Below are positions 26,501-37,757 of a stretch of DNA of 64,000 nucleotides, piece after piece; position 1 is the stretch's first letter; the number at the start of each line of letters is the position of its first letter. The stretch is from Balanoglossus misakiensis (Eukaryota > Animalia > Hemichordata): contig CM082593.2 in assembly GCA_040954595.2 (NCBI GenBank), positions 1,374,901 to 1,438,900 of the forward strand, read 5' to 3'. Below the pieces are notes generated by a model. It searched no databases, was not told where the DNA came from, and was given only the letters and a program-made list of their open reading frames with translations. Position numbers and translations under genes: made by a program.

Positions 26501-29130
26501 GAAGCGAGGACAATCACAAATTTGATAAACAAGGCATCTAAAGAAGGCAGTGTGAATTTAGTTAGAAGTGGAACTAGGGATAGTTTAACAGGTGAGTCTT
26601 GAATTATGAAATGGTCCAGTTCCCAGACACTATGCAATAATGGAAAGTTAATGCAGACACTGAAAACAATTAATAAGGACATTGCTATTTTGATATGTAT
26701 GTAAAAAGTCAAAAGCTGGAATCTCAAGGACCTGGCTTTGTGTGCATCACGGTAAAATGGTCTAATAAATTCCTGGCTTTGAGACATTAAAGCTGAAATT
26801 ATTCATGAAAAAGGTAGTCATGGCATTGTTCAGAAGTTTTCTGAAGACGGAAATCTTCATTCAACGGAAAAGCACGTCTTTTTAGTCTCAGTGATAAATT
26901 CCACGCAGAAATCTCTCTATGTATTGTATTTTGGCACCTGTAACAGATCGATCAGAGACGCATTTGTGAGTCTGTAGTATGGTTTAACCTTTGCTTCCCT
27001 CTCCCATCAATGTTGTGTACTCGGGGAGCGAGTTCCCATGCTCCAGTACCTGTCTATCATCTTGGCAAGGGGCCTGCTTTGTTTGAACAGTTCAGTAGCT
27101 TTATTAGGCAAGGTGACCATTAAATATATCACTGTTGACAGAGGTTTTGAGGTTTTGCCAAAACACCTGTGTGTACACAACTTCATCTGACACCAAGACT
27201 GGTTGGGGCACAATCCGCAGGAAGGAAAGCATATTGGGGATTACAGGATGTAAACATTCCGGACACCCAAATATTTTATTAACTTTCCTTCAGTACATTC
27301 AATCTGGCTACTCAAACATAACCACCTTGTAGAAGGTTGCTCTCTGGATTTGCTTCAGCAGTAAACATTCAAACAATCAAACAAGCAATGTTAATGGAAA
27401 CCGCCTTGCTAAGTCCAGCGATGGCCCAGGTACCAATAGAGTGCTACAATCCATTTCAAAGGAAAGCACCATCGGTCATATCAGTAGCAGATTGCAATCA
27501 ACTGGCAAATCTGTAGTCTGATATAACAACTGCAATTCAGATAATTGCATTGTTTTCACCATCATTACCCCTATGTAACCAGGGGTGAAAGGTTATAGGT
27601 CAGTGACCTGCCCTGTAGCACTGGCAAGCAAATCACACATTTGTCAATAGACATATTTGTGGTAAAATACGATGGTGTTTGTACAATTTGAGGTCGACTC
27701 AAGATATTGATATGTTTGGGGTTCTTTTTAACAGGACACACAAGTGGGAAATCTAGAGTTATGTCAGGGACCATATCGCTCAGCCAAGCGCTGAGTGGAG
27801 CCACAACAACAGAACGCATAGGAACACCAGAAGGCAGAAAACCACTAATAGTGAGTAAACAACGTCGCAAACACCTTTCGGGGGCTGTAGGGGGGATTGT
27901 TCGCTTTTGTAAAGATGCCCCATAATGGGCAGTTAGCAATGTCCTTGAGAAAGACGGAACCTGTGTGCACGTAGCTGCTTGTAGTGTCTATTGATCTAGA
28001 GATGAAAAGTTCAACATTACCTATACAATATAGACATGTCAGGGCAGCGTTTGACATAAAATCTCTGAAAGTGTATTGTTGGTTGGCATCAATTCTCTCA
28101 TTGTTCACACAAGTAACAGAGTCAAATGGGTATGTAACTTTAGTTACGGTAGTTCCACTGTCACCCTGGGGCAAAAGCACACCCAGGGGTACATACAGAC
28201 AGTAATGTTGTTTGCAGTATTTTTTTGCATACAGGTATACCCTTTAACTAAATCAAAAAAGCGAATGGTTTGGTCCAAACCCATTGTTTTCTATGGTAAA
28301 TTTGGACCTCTGAAAAGGGAATAGGGGGAAAGGGTTATATCTGTATACAAATGTCTACAGTGTCACCAAAGCAGTGGCCATGTTTTGTTGGTTCAATAGA
28401 AGATTTTAATCAAATCTAATCACTGGATTGTATTCTGTGTTTGCAGTCGGCATCCAGTATACGCAGGAGATTGTCCAGTAGCAAAGATGGCCGTCTATGT
28501 AAGTTACTTCTAAGTTGTTTGTGGAATTCTTTGCATGGTTGAAAGTAACTGCTAGAGGGGCTAAGTGTTGTGTGCGTGATAAAAAGTACAATTGTTCTCA
28601 GCAGAAGCAGAATGATGCCCATCCATGGTAAATGTGACTTTAAACCTTTAACTTTGTTCTTTGCTGTGATCATTTTGCAGTGTCACCAGCCCACCGCCTT
28701 CCTCCTGTCTCCAAGCCACCATCACTAGCAACAGCTAAGAAGAAAACTACGAAAAGATGCTTCTTGTGTGCCAAGAAAACTGGCCTTGCCACAAGTTATA
28801 CATGCAGGTAATGATCTCAAACACTGATCTGCTTTTTGAATGAAGTAATCTGAAAGATTTGTTTCTAGAGGGTGCCATACATGATCTTGCTTGGTTGGAT
28901 TTTATCAGAGCATATGTTTCCTGATACTTTATATTGAATGAAGTGTGGTCTTATTCTTACAGTCATATTTCATTCCTTTTTTTCCCTCCAACAGATGTGG
29001 AAATAATTTCTGCGCTACGCATCGCTATGCAGAATCCCACAACTGTGGCTATGACTACAAAGCAGCTGGACGCAAACTACTTGAGCAAAGTAATCCTGTT
29101 GTTAGTGCTCCAAAGCTCCCCAAAATTTAA
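23534..29130 (+). CDS. ZFAND4: AN1-type zinc finger protein 4 (N-terminal ubiquitin-like domain, C-terminal AN1 finger)
   Basis: Exons 23534-23645, 23909-23984, 24197-24264, 24869-25058, 25658-25802, 25961-26591, 27735-27850, 28447-28498, 28681-28807, 28995-29130. UBL MELFIETLTGTAFELRVSPFETVISVKAKIQRLEGIP...LVLAMRGGP; AN1 finger [40 protein letters not shown]...APKLPKI. Confidence 0.95.
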
Positions 29131-32100
29131 AAAAACACAGCATTTCCTACTTTTTTATACAGTAAGAAAATAAATAATTTGCCAACCAGTATTTTAGCTT
29201 CACACAGTTCAGCTTTTGATTCTGTTTTTGTTAGCACAGATTTCCTAAGGAATGGCACATGTTTGTTCAATTGTACAAAAACAAACTCAACAATTTATAA
29301 GGCAATAAACATAAAATGTAATGTATAAAAAAAAAAAATTGCCAATGAGAACAAGTTTTCAATTTGAATATTTCAATCTTGCCAAGAGGATCCGTGTGTG
29401 AATAATCTCATTTTCTAGTGTGTGCCATTTCATAGTCATTTCGCGTTAACATTGTTAGCAGAACCCTCACTTTTTCAGGTGTACATTGTATATAACTGCA
29501 TTGTAAGCTACATGTTTTAACTGCGGTGCCTAAAAATTATTTCCTTGTGTGTGTTTTTTTAAATTTAAATTCTTTTAACTGTTATTTACTATTCTGCATT
29601 GATTTTTCTTAATGCTTGATGTGCAATAATGATTTTACATGAAAAGAACAAACGACCAATAACATGATTAGGGAGTCATACTGAGAATGTGCTGTTGGTG
29701 TCTTGTGCTCTTCGTTTCTGCCATAGATCAGTGGTGTTTTGTGTTTATACTGGTGTACGATTTACTACCTCTAACCACTGAGCCAAACTATTTTCTGTTA
29801 ACATTGAAGATTTGAAGCATAATTATTTGAAAGTTGAAAGCTTGCAACATGAAGAGTCACAGCAGATATCCTAAAAACTGCTTGAAATATATTGTCAGGC
29901 GTGGTAGACATCAAACATTGATCTATGGTCATGTCTGAAAGAGGTCTATGATGATGTGTGTTTCATACATGAACAAAAAGTTTGTTTGCTCTGTGTCACA
30001 TTGGGAATGTTTACAGATTGTTGGTATATCACTTTTGTCTTCAGCATATGAACAAATTAGATCAAAACATGTCAATGTAATGTATGTGTGTGTATACACA
30101 TAATATGTGGACATGTATTATGTACATGTTTATGTGGGCATGCATACATATGTACACAATTTGGGGTTTTGATTTCCTATGTCCTCAACCTATGTTTCGA
30201 GGTACTAATGACAGTGCACTCTGCTGTAGCTAAGAAATATCTCATTTCTCGACCGACTGCTTGGTTGAAAAAATAGCCCCACCTCTCAAGATGGTTCTTC
30301 AAAACACAGTCTCTAGTGACATTTACATAAATATGCATTTCTTTTCCATTTGATGGAAAATTGGTGTATTTTGAAGAAAGTCTTTCTGTTTTTACTTTCC
30401 ATGAAGCAAGAACTTCTGTGCACCTTGATTCCAAATACTTCCAAACATGGGATTGGCTTTGTAGGTCCAAAGCAACCATGTATGTTTGACAGCTGGAGGA
30501 TTAATTCTGGCTCTTTCTATCACCTCAAGTCAAGCCCATACATAACAGTACAAATGTCTGATGTGGTTTTATGGAAAAAAAATTCCATTCAGCAAGGTGA
30601 AATGCAGTGTTCTTGATCATTAACTCTTTAGTGATTTCAGCAAATGATGCAAACATTAAACGTTGATTACATTGGTCAACTGAAAGTGTAATATCTAAAA
30701 GTTTGTTTATTTTCTGTTAATTTTCAATCAGTGACATACATGGGCATTTAATGTTATCTGTTCCAGTTGTTAAAATGTTAAAAAAATCATGTATTTAATA
30801 TTTCTTGATTGCATGTTGTTTAGGGGGAAAAATCACCATGTTGAAAACTTGTCAACTTCTATCTATGCATTTTAATGAGTTTTTATTTTTTTTTAAAGAT
30901 GACATTTTGATTTATTGTGTACATTTCAAATGCACGTTGAAGCTGCGTTTTTTTGCTTATTCACACTACGCCAATCCTGACAACTTTCCATTCATGGAAT
31001 TGATTCTAGCGCAAGCTGATTCTTTACAAATTATGTGACAAATTTCCAAAAGTCGTGTTTGTTTATGTGTGCTCTATGTTACCCGAATAGACAGCATTAT
31101 ATGTTTCATGCATTTGCACTTTGAAGATGTGATTCTCCCTATTCTGGAATGGTTTGGCCCACATGGCAATAAAAACGATTTCCCCAGATTACGTTCAGGG
31201 AAATCCGATATTACTTGAGTTAAATGGGATAAGGTTTTTGTCAAACTTTCTGTATTTCCTGGTTAAAACTTTTTTCAAGTGAATTGTTTATCCAGTCATG
31301 CTTGTGGCATGACAGATTCATAGATGGTAGAATTCCAATATAAAATTTGACCAAGTATACGAGTATTACTAGATAAGAATGTTTTTGTCATGATCATGAC
31401 CTTTTTGTTCTTGGGAAACTCACTTTGTTCATGCAGCCACAAAGTGGTTTGTCATATTATCATCACTTAGTTGAATTGTAAAGCAAGCAGATCATTGTAA
31501 ATAAACATTGTGACCGATCATGACGACAATTTCTGATGTATGTTTAACTATGGCTCTAAAATCAGAAATTTGAAATTCCAAAACAATAGCTTGTGCTTAA
31601 TAGAAATTGTCTGGCTATAAAAATACCATGGAAATACGGAAAGTTTTGTGAATAGAAACTAACTGTTTTTGGTTGTGTTACGTTAAGAGAGCCTTTGAGG
31701 TGACACCCTAGCTCCCTGAACATTTTCAACCCAATGATCATGAATATAAAACGTGGAATTTTCTTTCCTGAAGGGCACAGGATAGATTTTAATTGTTTTG
31801 CTTGTCTTTGTTTTTTAAATTTACATTTTAAAGTTACAAAAACATTTTATTTTCTCAAGAGCTTTAGATTTTCAGTGTTGCGCAATTGTGAAGGGGTCTC
31901 ATCTGTGTGTTGACTTTATATTACATGATCTTGCAATGAGGCCTTTCCTCTTTTCCTTTGATCTTGTGTTAACATGTCATTTGTCTATATTATGTGATTG
32001 ATTTGAAATCACTGAAAAGATTGTGTATAAACTTAAAAAGTATAGTTGTTTTTTTTCTCCCTGAAATAAATTTCATGGGTTGTTTTATAACAATTGTGTT

Positions 32101-33089
32101 CTTGTTGTTTGTCATTTGTGTATGTTGGTATTTGTAGCAAAACTACAAAAAATCATTTGAGCTTGTTTATATGTATTTCTAACTTTGAGTGTATGTTAAA
32201 AATAGGAAGATAGACTAAGGCTTAAAGGCTATAAGCCAAGGCCACTGGAAAAATTACATAGGGTCTCACCTTCTGTTCTATCATGTGAAAGTCCAAATCA
32301 CAGATCATTTTCCAGGGAAGTCTGTCATAGAAAAAAAATGAGAATTTACTTTTTCATAACTTTACACTTGTGTTGGTTGTTAGAGCTGAAAAAAATCGAT
32401 GTGCACAGCAAACAGTACAAAGTGTAATAGTGTAGTGAACGAGAAGTATATACCACCTTTTCTCAGGTTCTAAAAACAATAGCAACAAGAATTGTTGCAT
32501 TTGTATTCAAGAGGGCGCACATTGATGCAATGAACATTGAAACTCCAGCATTGCGACATCACTTAGAAAACCAGCTATATCATATATAGGGATGATTATT
32601 GTCACACATACCTAGGGATATTTGTTTCAAGCTTTTCAATATTTATTTCGTATGAAGTTTTGAATTTTATTGCCACAACCGCATCTTTCCCGCTATCATG
32701 TACGTGGCGTGCTGACACTCGTCGAGTCGACGTCCATGAGCACATGGAGCAGGTTTTGCCCGGCCAACTTTCAAGTTTCAGACAACTCAAGTTGGCTTTT
32801 CTCACGGGAACACACCTGGTCGTTCATTAAACTAGTACCGCTATTCTTTGTTACGCAAACTGCTATATGGCAAAACTTTTTTCTCATAGTCAAACTCATT
32901 TTCCTAGACTCGACATCAGTCGAATTTATCTCGCATTTTACACGTGGCCAATAAAGTACCCATTAATTTTGGAAATAAACGCCAATTGAATTATCATTTA
33001 TGGCTCAGCATATCTTTAAAAAACGTAAAAATTAAACAAAAACAATCTTCTAAATTTGTCTTTTGAAAACAAGTTACATATTTGCTTAC

Positions 33090-33552
33090 CATGCACACGG
33101 CCTGTGTCAATTTCATAAGCAATGAAATGAACATCTCAAACACGTCTACCGCCGGGGCCGGTAGCTGATGGACACGTCCATTCATCCGTCGGGGAGGTAC
33201 TGTCTTTCTTGCCGCGTCCCCTTGATATCATGATTCTGTATTTGATCTAAAGAGAGATACAATGCCCACACTCCCCCCTTCAGTCATGGTACAGGCTGGA
33301 TGAAGTTCTAGTAGCTTTATGTGTTTGTTACAGACCAATAATGTCGGGACAGGATGACTAGATGTTGGTCTTACCTTCCTTCAAAATGGTCGAACATGGT
33401 CGTGAATAATAATTAGGCGTCCTCTGCGTGCATATATCAACTTTCAAGTTGACCTCATCTTCCATAGGCCCTTTTTCTGGAGATTTTTCCATGAAGTTGG
33501 AAAAGCAAACATCGTCTTCCGTTCAGGAATATTTAACCAAGTTCTCCTGTCC
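33090..33552 (-). other. Two candidate spliced exons of an unannotated minus-strand transcript (possible 60-aa smORF or lncRNA)
   Basis: Exons 33552-33375 (GTTGCAG| ... AAG|GTAAGA) and 33246-33090 (CTCTTTAG| ... ATG|GTAAGC). An ATG at 33492 gives a spliced 60-codon ORF with no recognisable homology. Confidence 0.3.
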
Positions 33553-34817
33553 CTGCAACCTAGCTGTTAATCCAGGAGTTTTACATATATAGCAAAAACT
33601 ACATACTCGGTGTCACAGCAGACGACGCGACAAGATCCTCGCACGGGGATGCCCTCATTTAACCCCAAATGACGTAATTGATGTGCGCCCTCTACCATCG
33701 AACTACTTCAAACTTTCGTTTTATGCAAAACATGGGAATATGCTAATATATTCTAAAATTCAGCGGTTTATTTTTCTGGGTTTACTCTGTTGCTTTGATG
33801 AAATTTGTCACTTTCGCTGCAGTCTGACCATGACCTTGTTTGGAATTATAAATATGACATACAGTCACAACTACTTCCTAAACAATTCTTTCTGCTGAAG
33901 ACATACTATGTGGTACTATTGATGGCAATCTGACATGACAACCCCCAATGAAAACAAAATGATGAGAAGTTCTTGTTTGAAGTCAATGATTTATTTGGTC
34001 TGTGTGGACTATTTACAAAGTGTTAATACAGATAAATGTATGAAGTTAGAGAAGACAGACACACTGAAGTACATTTGCCATGACAATGACAATGAAATAA
34101 ATATCTAATCTTACACATTCTACACGCAGGGGTATGTATCATCCTGATTCCTACAAAAGTATAATTCATTATTGAACCGAAAACTATTTCCAAAGTAAGC
34201 CACAAAATCTGATTGGCATTGCAAACTGTATTGCATTTTGGTCACATCTTGACAAAATCAAATCTCCACATAACTTACTTGGCACATGACTGACTGGACT
34301 TGAATCGTAATGATCCTGTATTTAAAGCCAATCACAGCTAGTGATTCTGTATTCATCTGTTGAATACAGAATCACCAGGGAAATCACATGATGTGATAGG
34401 CTAAAAGTGGAGCGCTCAATGTGATCTTGTAATGACTTTGGTTTCAATAAATTCTACTGTTATAAAAGGTAAACTAAGTATGTATGTTTATTCTTGAACT
34501 TGTGCAAATGGAATTTGGTCTACGTGAAAATTTACATCTGTTTGAAAAAAAAATTAACATGAAAAGACCATCACAAGACAAAGACTGCTTTTTTGAAAAG
34601 ATGATTTGAATTTGAAGTTAAAATTTCTTACGAACAGTTTCAATGCCTTGATAAGGTTTTTTTTCACAGCAAGGATAATACCATATCAATCCTTTTTCTT
34701 ATCTTAATTACCCTTCATATGGATCAAGCCATAATAAATGGCAAGGCTCCTCAGCTATATCATCTGAAAATGACAAGACTGAAAATATTCTGAATACAGA
34801 TCTACACATTCATATTG

Positions 34818-36566
34818 CTACTCATCTATCTTTATAAAGACTTTTCGCCTGGAGAAGATTTTGATGGCTTCTTCAACTTCGGAAATACGGCTTTCGACTT
34901 CTGCTCGCTTGTTCCGCGCACGGACAGTGTCTGCTGTTACGGGCAGTCGAGACAGTTCATTTGTTAGATCTCTCTCTTCTGCAAAGGAAAATAAGGTCAA
35001 AATTAATCAGCTTTTCAATAAATAGATTTTTTCTAACTTTTGACATTCCATGACTATCCTACCGTAATTAAAAAAAATTTTTGCACCCATAGGAATAATG
35101 GTCACAAACAACTTACTCTGCCTTAGTACTTCCAACGTATCAAGTCTTTCATTTTCTGGCATCACAGTATGACCAGGAGGTAAATCTGGATCAGGGATAT
35201 TTCTCCTCCTTTCTTCCTCATCTCTCTCCCACTGCTTTTGACGAGATCGTAAACTGCAGCAACGATAAAAAGACAATTATTGTATTTTAAGCAGCTGTTG
35301 TACAATGGGAAAAGTTGACCAATCACAGCAAGGAGATTTCCCAATTGGCCTCGCTTTGGGTTCAAATTCATGATGGCTGCATGGGGGCACTAGACTTATG
35401 AAAAGCCTCAAAAGGGTGTATTTCCTGTGACAAACTTACTAAGAAGGTACTTCTCCTTTCTTGTAAGATTTCTGTGCCTCCATTTTCTTTCTCTTGTATT
35501 CTTCTAGTGCTGCTGCTGAGGGAGACACAAGCGGCTGTGCATACCGCGTTTGTCTGGCGTTCATTGCTATGAAATTGACATTCTCTTTCTTTCCTCTAGC
35601 CTGTCAAAAATATGAACAAAAATCAGGATGTAAGGTCACTCAAGGGTCATGAAAGTGGCCTAGTATTACTAGACTAACTATAAGCAATGGCATTATGACT
35701 ACTCACGTCTGTTGGTGTTGGTGGCCTACTGCCTTTAGGAGAAGGCGGCCTGTTGGCTGGACTGATTGATCTTCCTTGAACACTGACATCTGGTGTGCCT
35801 GGCCTGCTGTGGGCTCTTAGATAATTGGCTGAAGTTGGCTTTGGTGTCGGTGTTGGTTGCTGTCATAAGTAAAAACACACAGTAAATATAAATGTTGGTG
35901 TATGCAATCAAGTCAACTGGCAGAGCCTCTATGGGGAATCAAGCAGGGAATCTGACTTTTGCATAAATTTATGGTATATAAAAATTACCAGATTCAATAC
36001 TTACACTTAAGTGTTCTGCAAGTTTCGAAGGTACTTCTTTATATTTTTCTGATTGAGGTAGAACTCTCACTGGTTCACTACTTCTACGGTTTTCTTCTTC
36101 CTTTCGTCTTCTGTTCTGAGATTGAATCTGTCGTAGCTTCCGTACATTTTCCCTGGCATAGTCTCGTGATTCTGGTCCTGTAAAATGAAAACACAGGAAC
36201 TTTACCCATTTCACAACCATGTGACAACCATGCCTTTCTTGATGCCATTTGACACAAAAATTATGCAACATTATAATGGCTTTGACAAAGAAGCCAATAA
36301 TTCCCACTGGTGTGTATTGTGTCATCTCTATACATCATCTAACAAGTGAAAACATGACCTATATAGACTACAAACAACTCACTTTGTCTGGATGGTGGCC
36401 TGTAGATACCCTGTCCCTCCAGTTGAAGAAGCAAACCAACAGAACCTTTGTGCTTCTCAGCAATAGACTCTGCCTCTGGCCTCACCCTTGGTTTGGGTGC
36501 ACTGTCGTTGGACCAGCCGTGCCTGGCCTGGTGCATGGGATCTGGTGGTATGGGACTTGACAACAT
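34818..36566 (-). CDS. ENKD1: Enkurin domain-containing protein 1
   Basis: Six coding exons (approx. 36566-36383, 36177-36005, 35860-35707, 35601-35439, 35253-35117, 34979-34818): MLSSPIPPDP...GSVGLLLQLEG, DYARENVRKLRQIQ, PDPDLPPGHTVMPENERLDTL and C-terminal enkurin domain EVEEAIKIFSRRKVFIKIDE. A 5' non-coding exon donor lies at about 37205. Confidence 0.92.
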
Positions 36567-37205
36567 TGTAACGCTGTCCTTTTTGCAGCTGCTGTAGGAA
36601 GAAAGCCACAATAATTTTCTAAAACCTTTATCAAAAGCTAAAAGCAGAGTTTGCTGCTATTGCACAGTGAACATATTATCAAGTGACTTCTGGCCTATGC
36701 CCAGTAGGTCACCTTGCTTTGATTCATGATATGATATCACAGGGGAAAATGATTGAATTAATTGGAGCATTACACTAATGTTCACTGGATTCCTGATTTA
36801 TCTATTAACAAGAAACACTGATGATTATAAGATAAAATGTATTAACTAACACCATTTCATTACTGAATAATTTATGCCAACTAAATATTGAAATGGACAG
36901 TAACGTCTTTGACTGATCAAAACAATGTAAGTTCCTTTCCCAAACATTCTAACATTGCAACAAAGATCACTTACTCATCTAACCGGATTTTCTTATTAAA
37001 AGAATTCTCGGCCGAATTCCCTCCGAAAACTCCACTCATTTTCTTAAGGACGACGGGCGATGTGTACCTAGTAAATGCGGAGCTTACACCAATACTGACG
37101 TGTGTTGTTCAAGTCGAAACAGGACATGGATGCAAATACGCGTGCAGTTACATGCCGATCGCTTGCCAATATGCCAGTAATTACGTCAGAACTTTGGCTG
37201 CTTAC

Positions 37206-37757
37206 CTGGTTTAGAACTTGACTGGAACCGTAAAATGGGTGTAGCCGTTCAAAGGTAGTGAATAAAAATCTAGAAATCCATTTCAAGCCTTAAAATCTAA
37301 GAAAACGTCAATGTTGTCACCATTTCTCAGCAACGATCTGTGAGATAGTATGAAATATACATCACGTGATAGAAATTCTACCAATGATAACTCATCTACT
37401 ATTGAAGTGAAATTGGGGTCAAAGTCTATCCAATGGCGACTCTTGTTTTGTAAGTGTTTAGAATTTGTGGATGGACGTCATGGCAACAGTGATTGACCAC
37501 CATTTTGTGAAGGCTCGGATCGAAATCTGACTCTACCGGTGTTGATTTGTGTCAATTTCTTGTATATTTCATGGTAGTTCGCTGTAAAAGACAACTGTGT
37601 ACACCGAACGGTAGACGTTCTAGTATCCTGATGTAGTTTGGCCACCCATAAGCTGGAGGTGGTTTGTGTTCCGTCCAGGGATCTTCGTTGTATTTTTGCT
37701 CTTGATTGAAAAATTGAAGTCGGATGTTGTTTTGATGAACTACACTAACATCTAAAC
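37206..37757. promoter_or_regulatory. Bidirectional promoter between ENKD1 and the C2orf81-like gene
   Basis: Head-to-head genes about 0.5 kb apart; X-box-like GACGTCATGGCAAC 37474-37487 and ATTTCTCAGCAAC 37322-37334; CCAAT motifs near 37381 and 37430. Confidence 0.6.

Noticed and set aside
26170-26787. 205-aa antisense ORF (also 8988-9413, 8008-8346, 38919-39170)
   Set aside because: These are shadows of real plus-strand exons.
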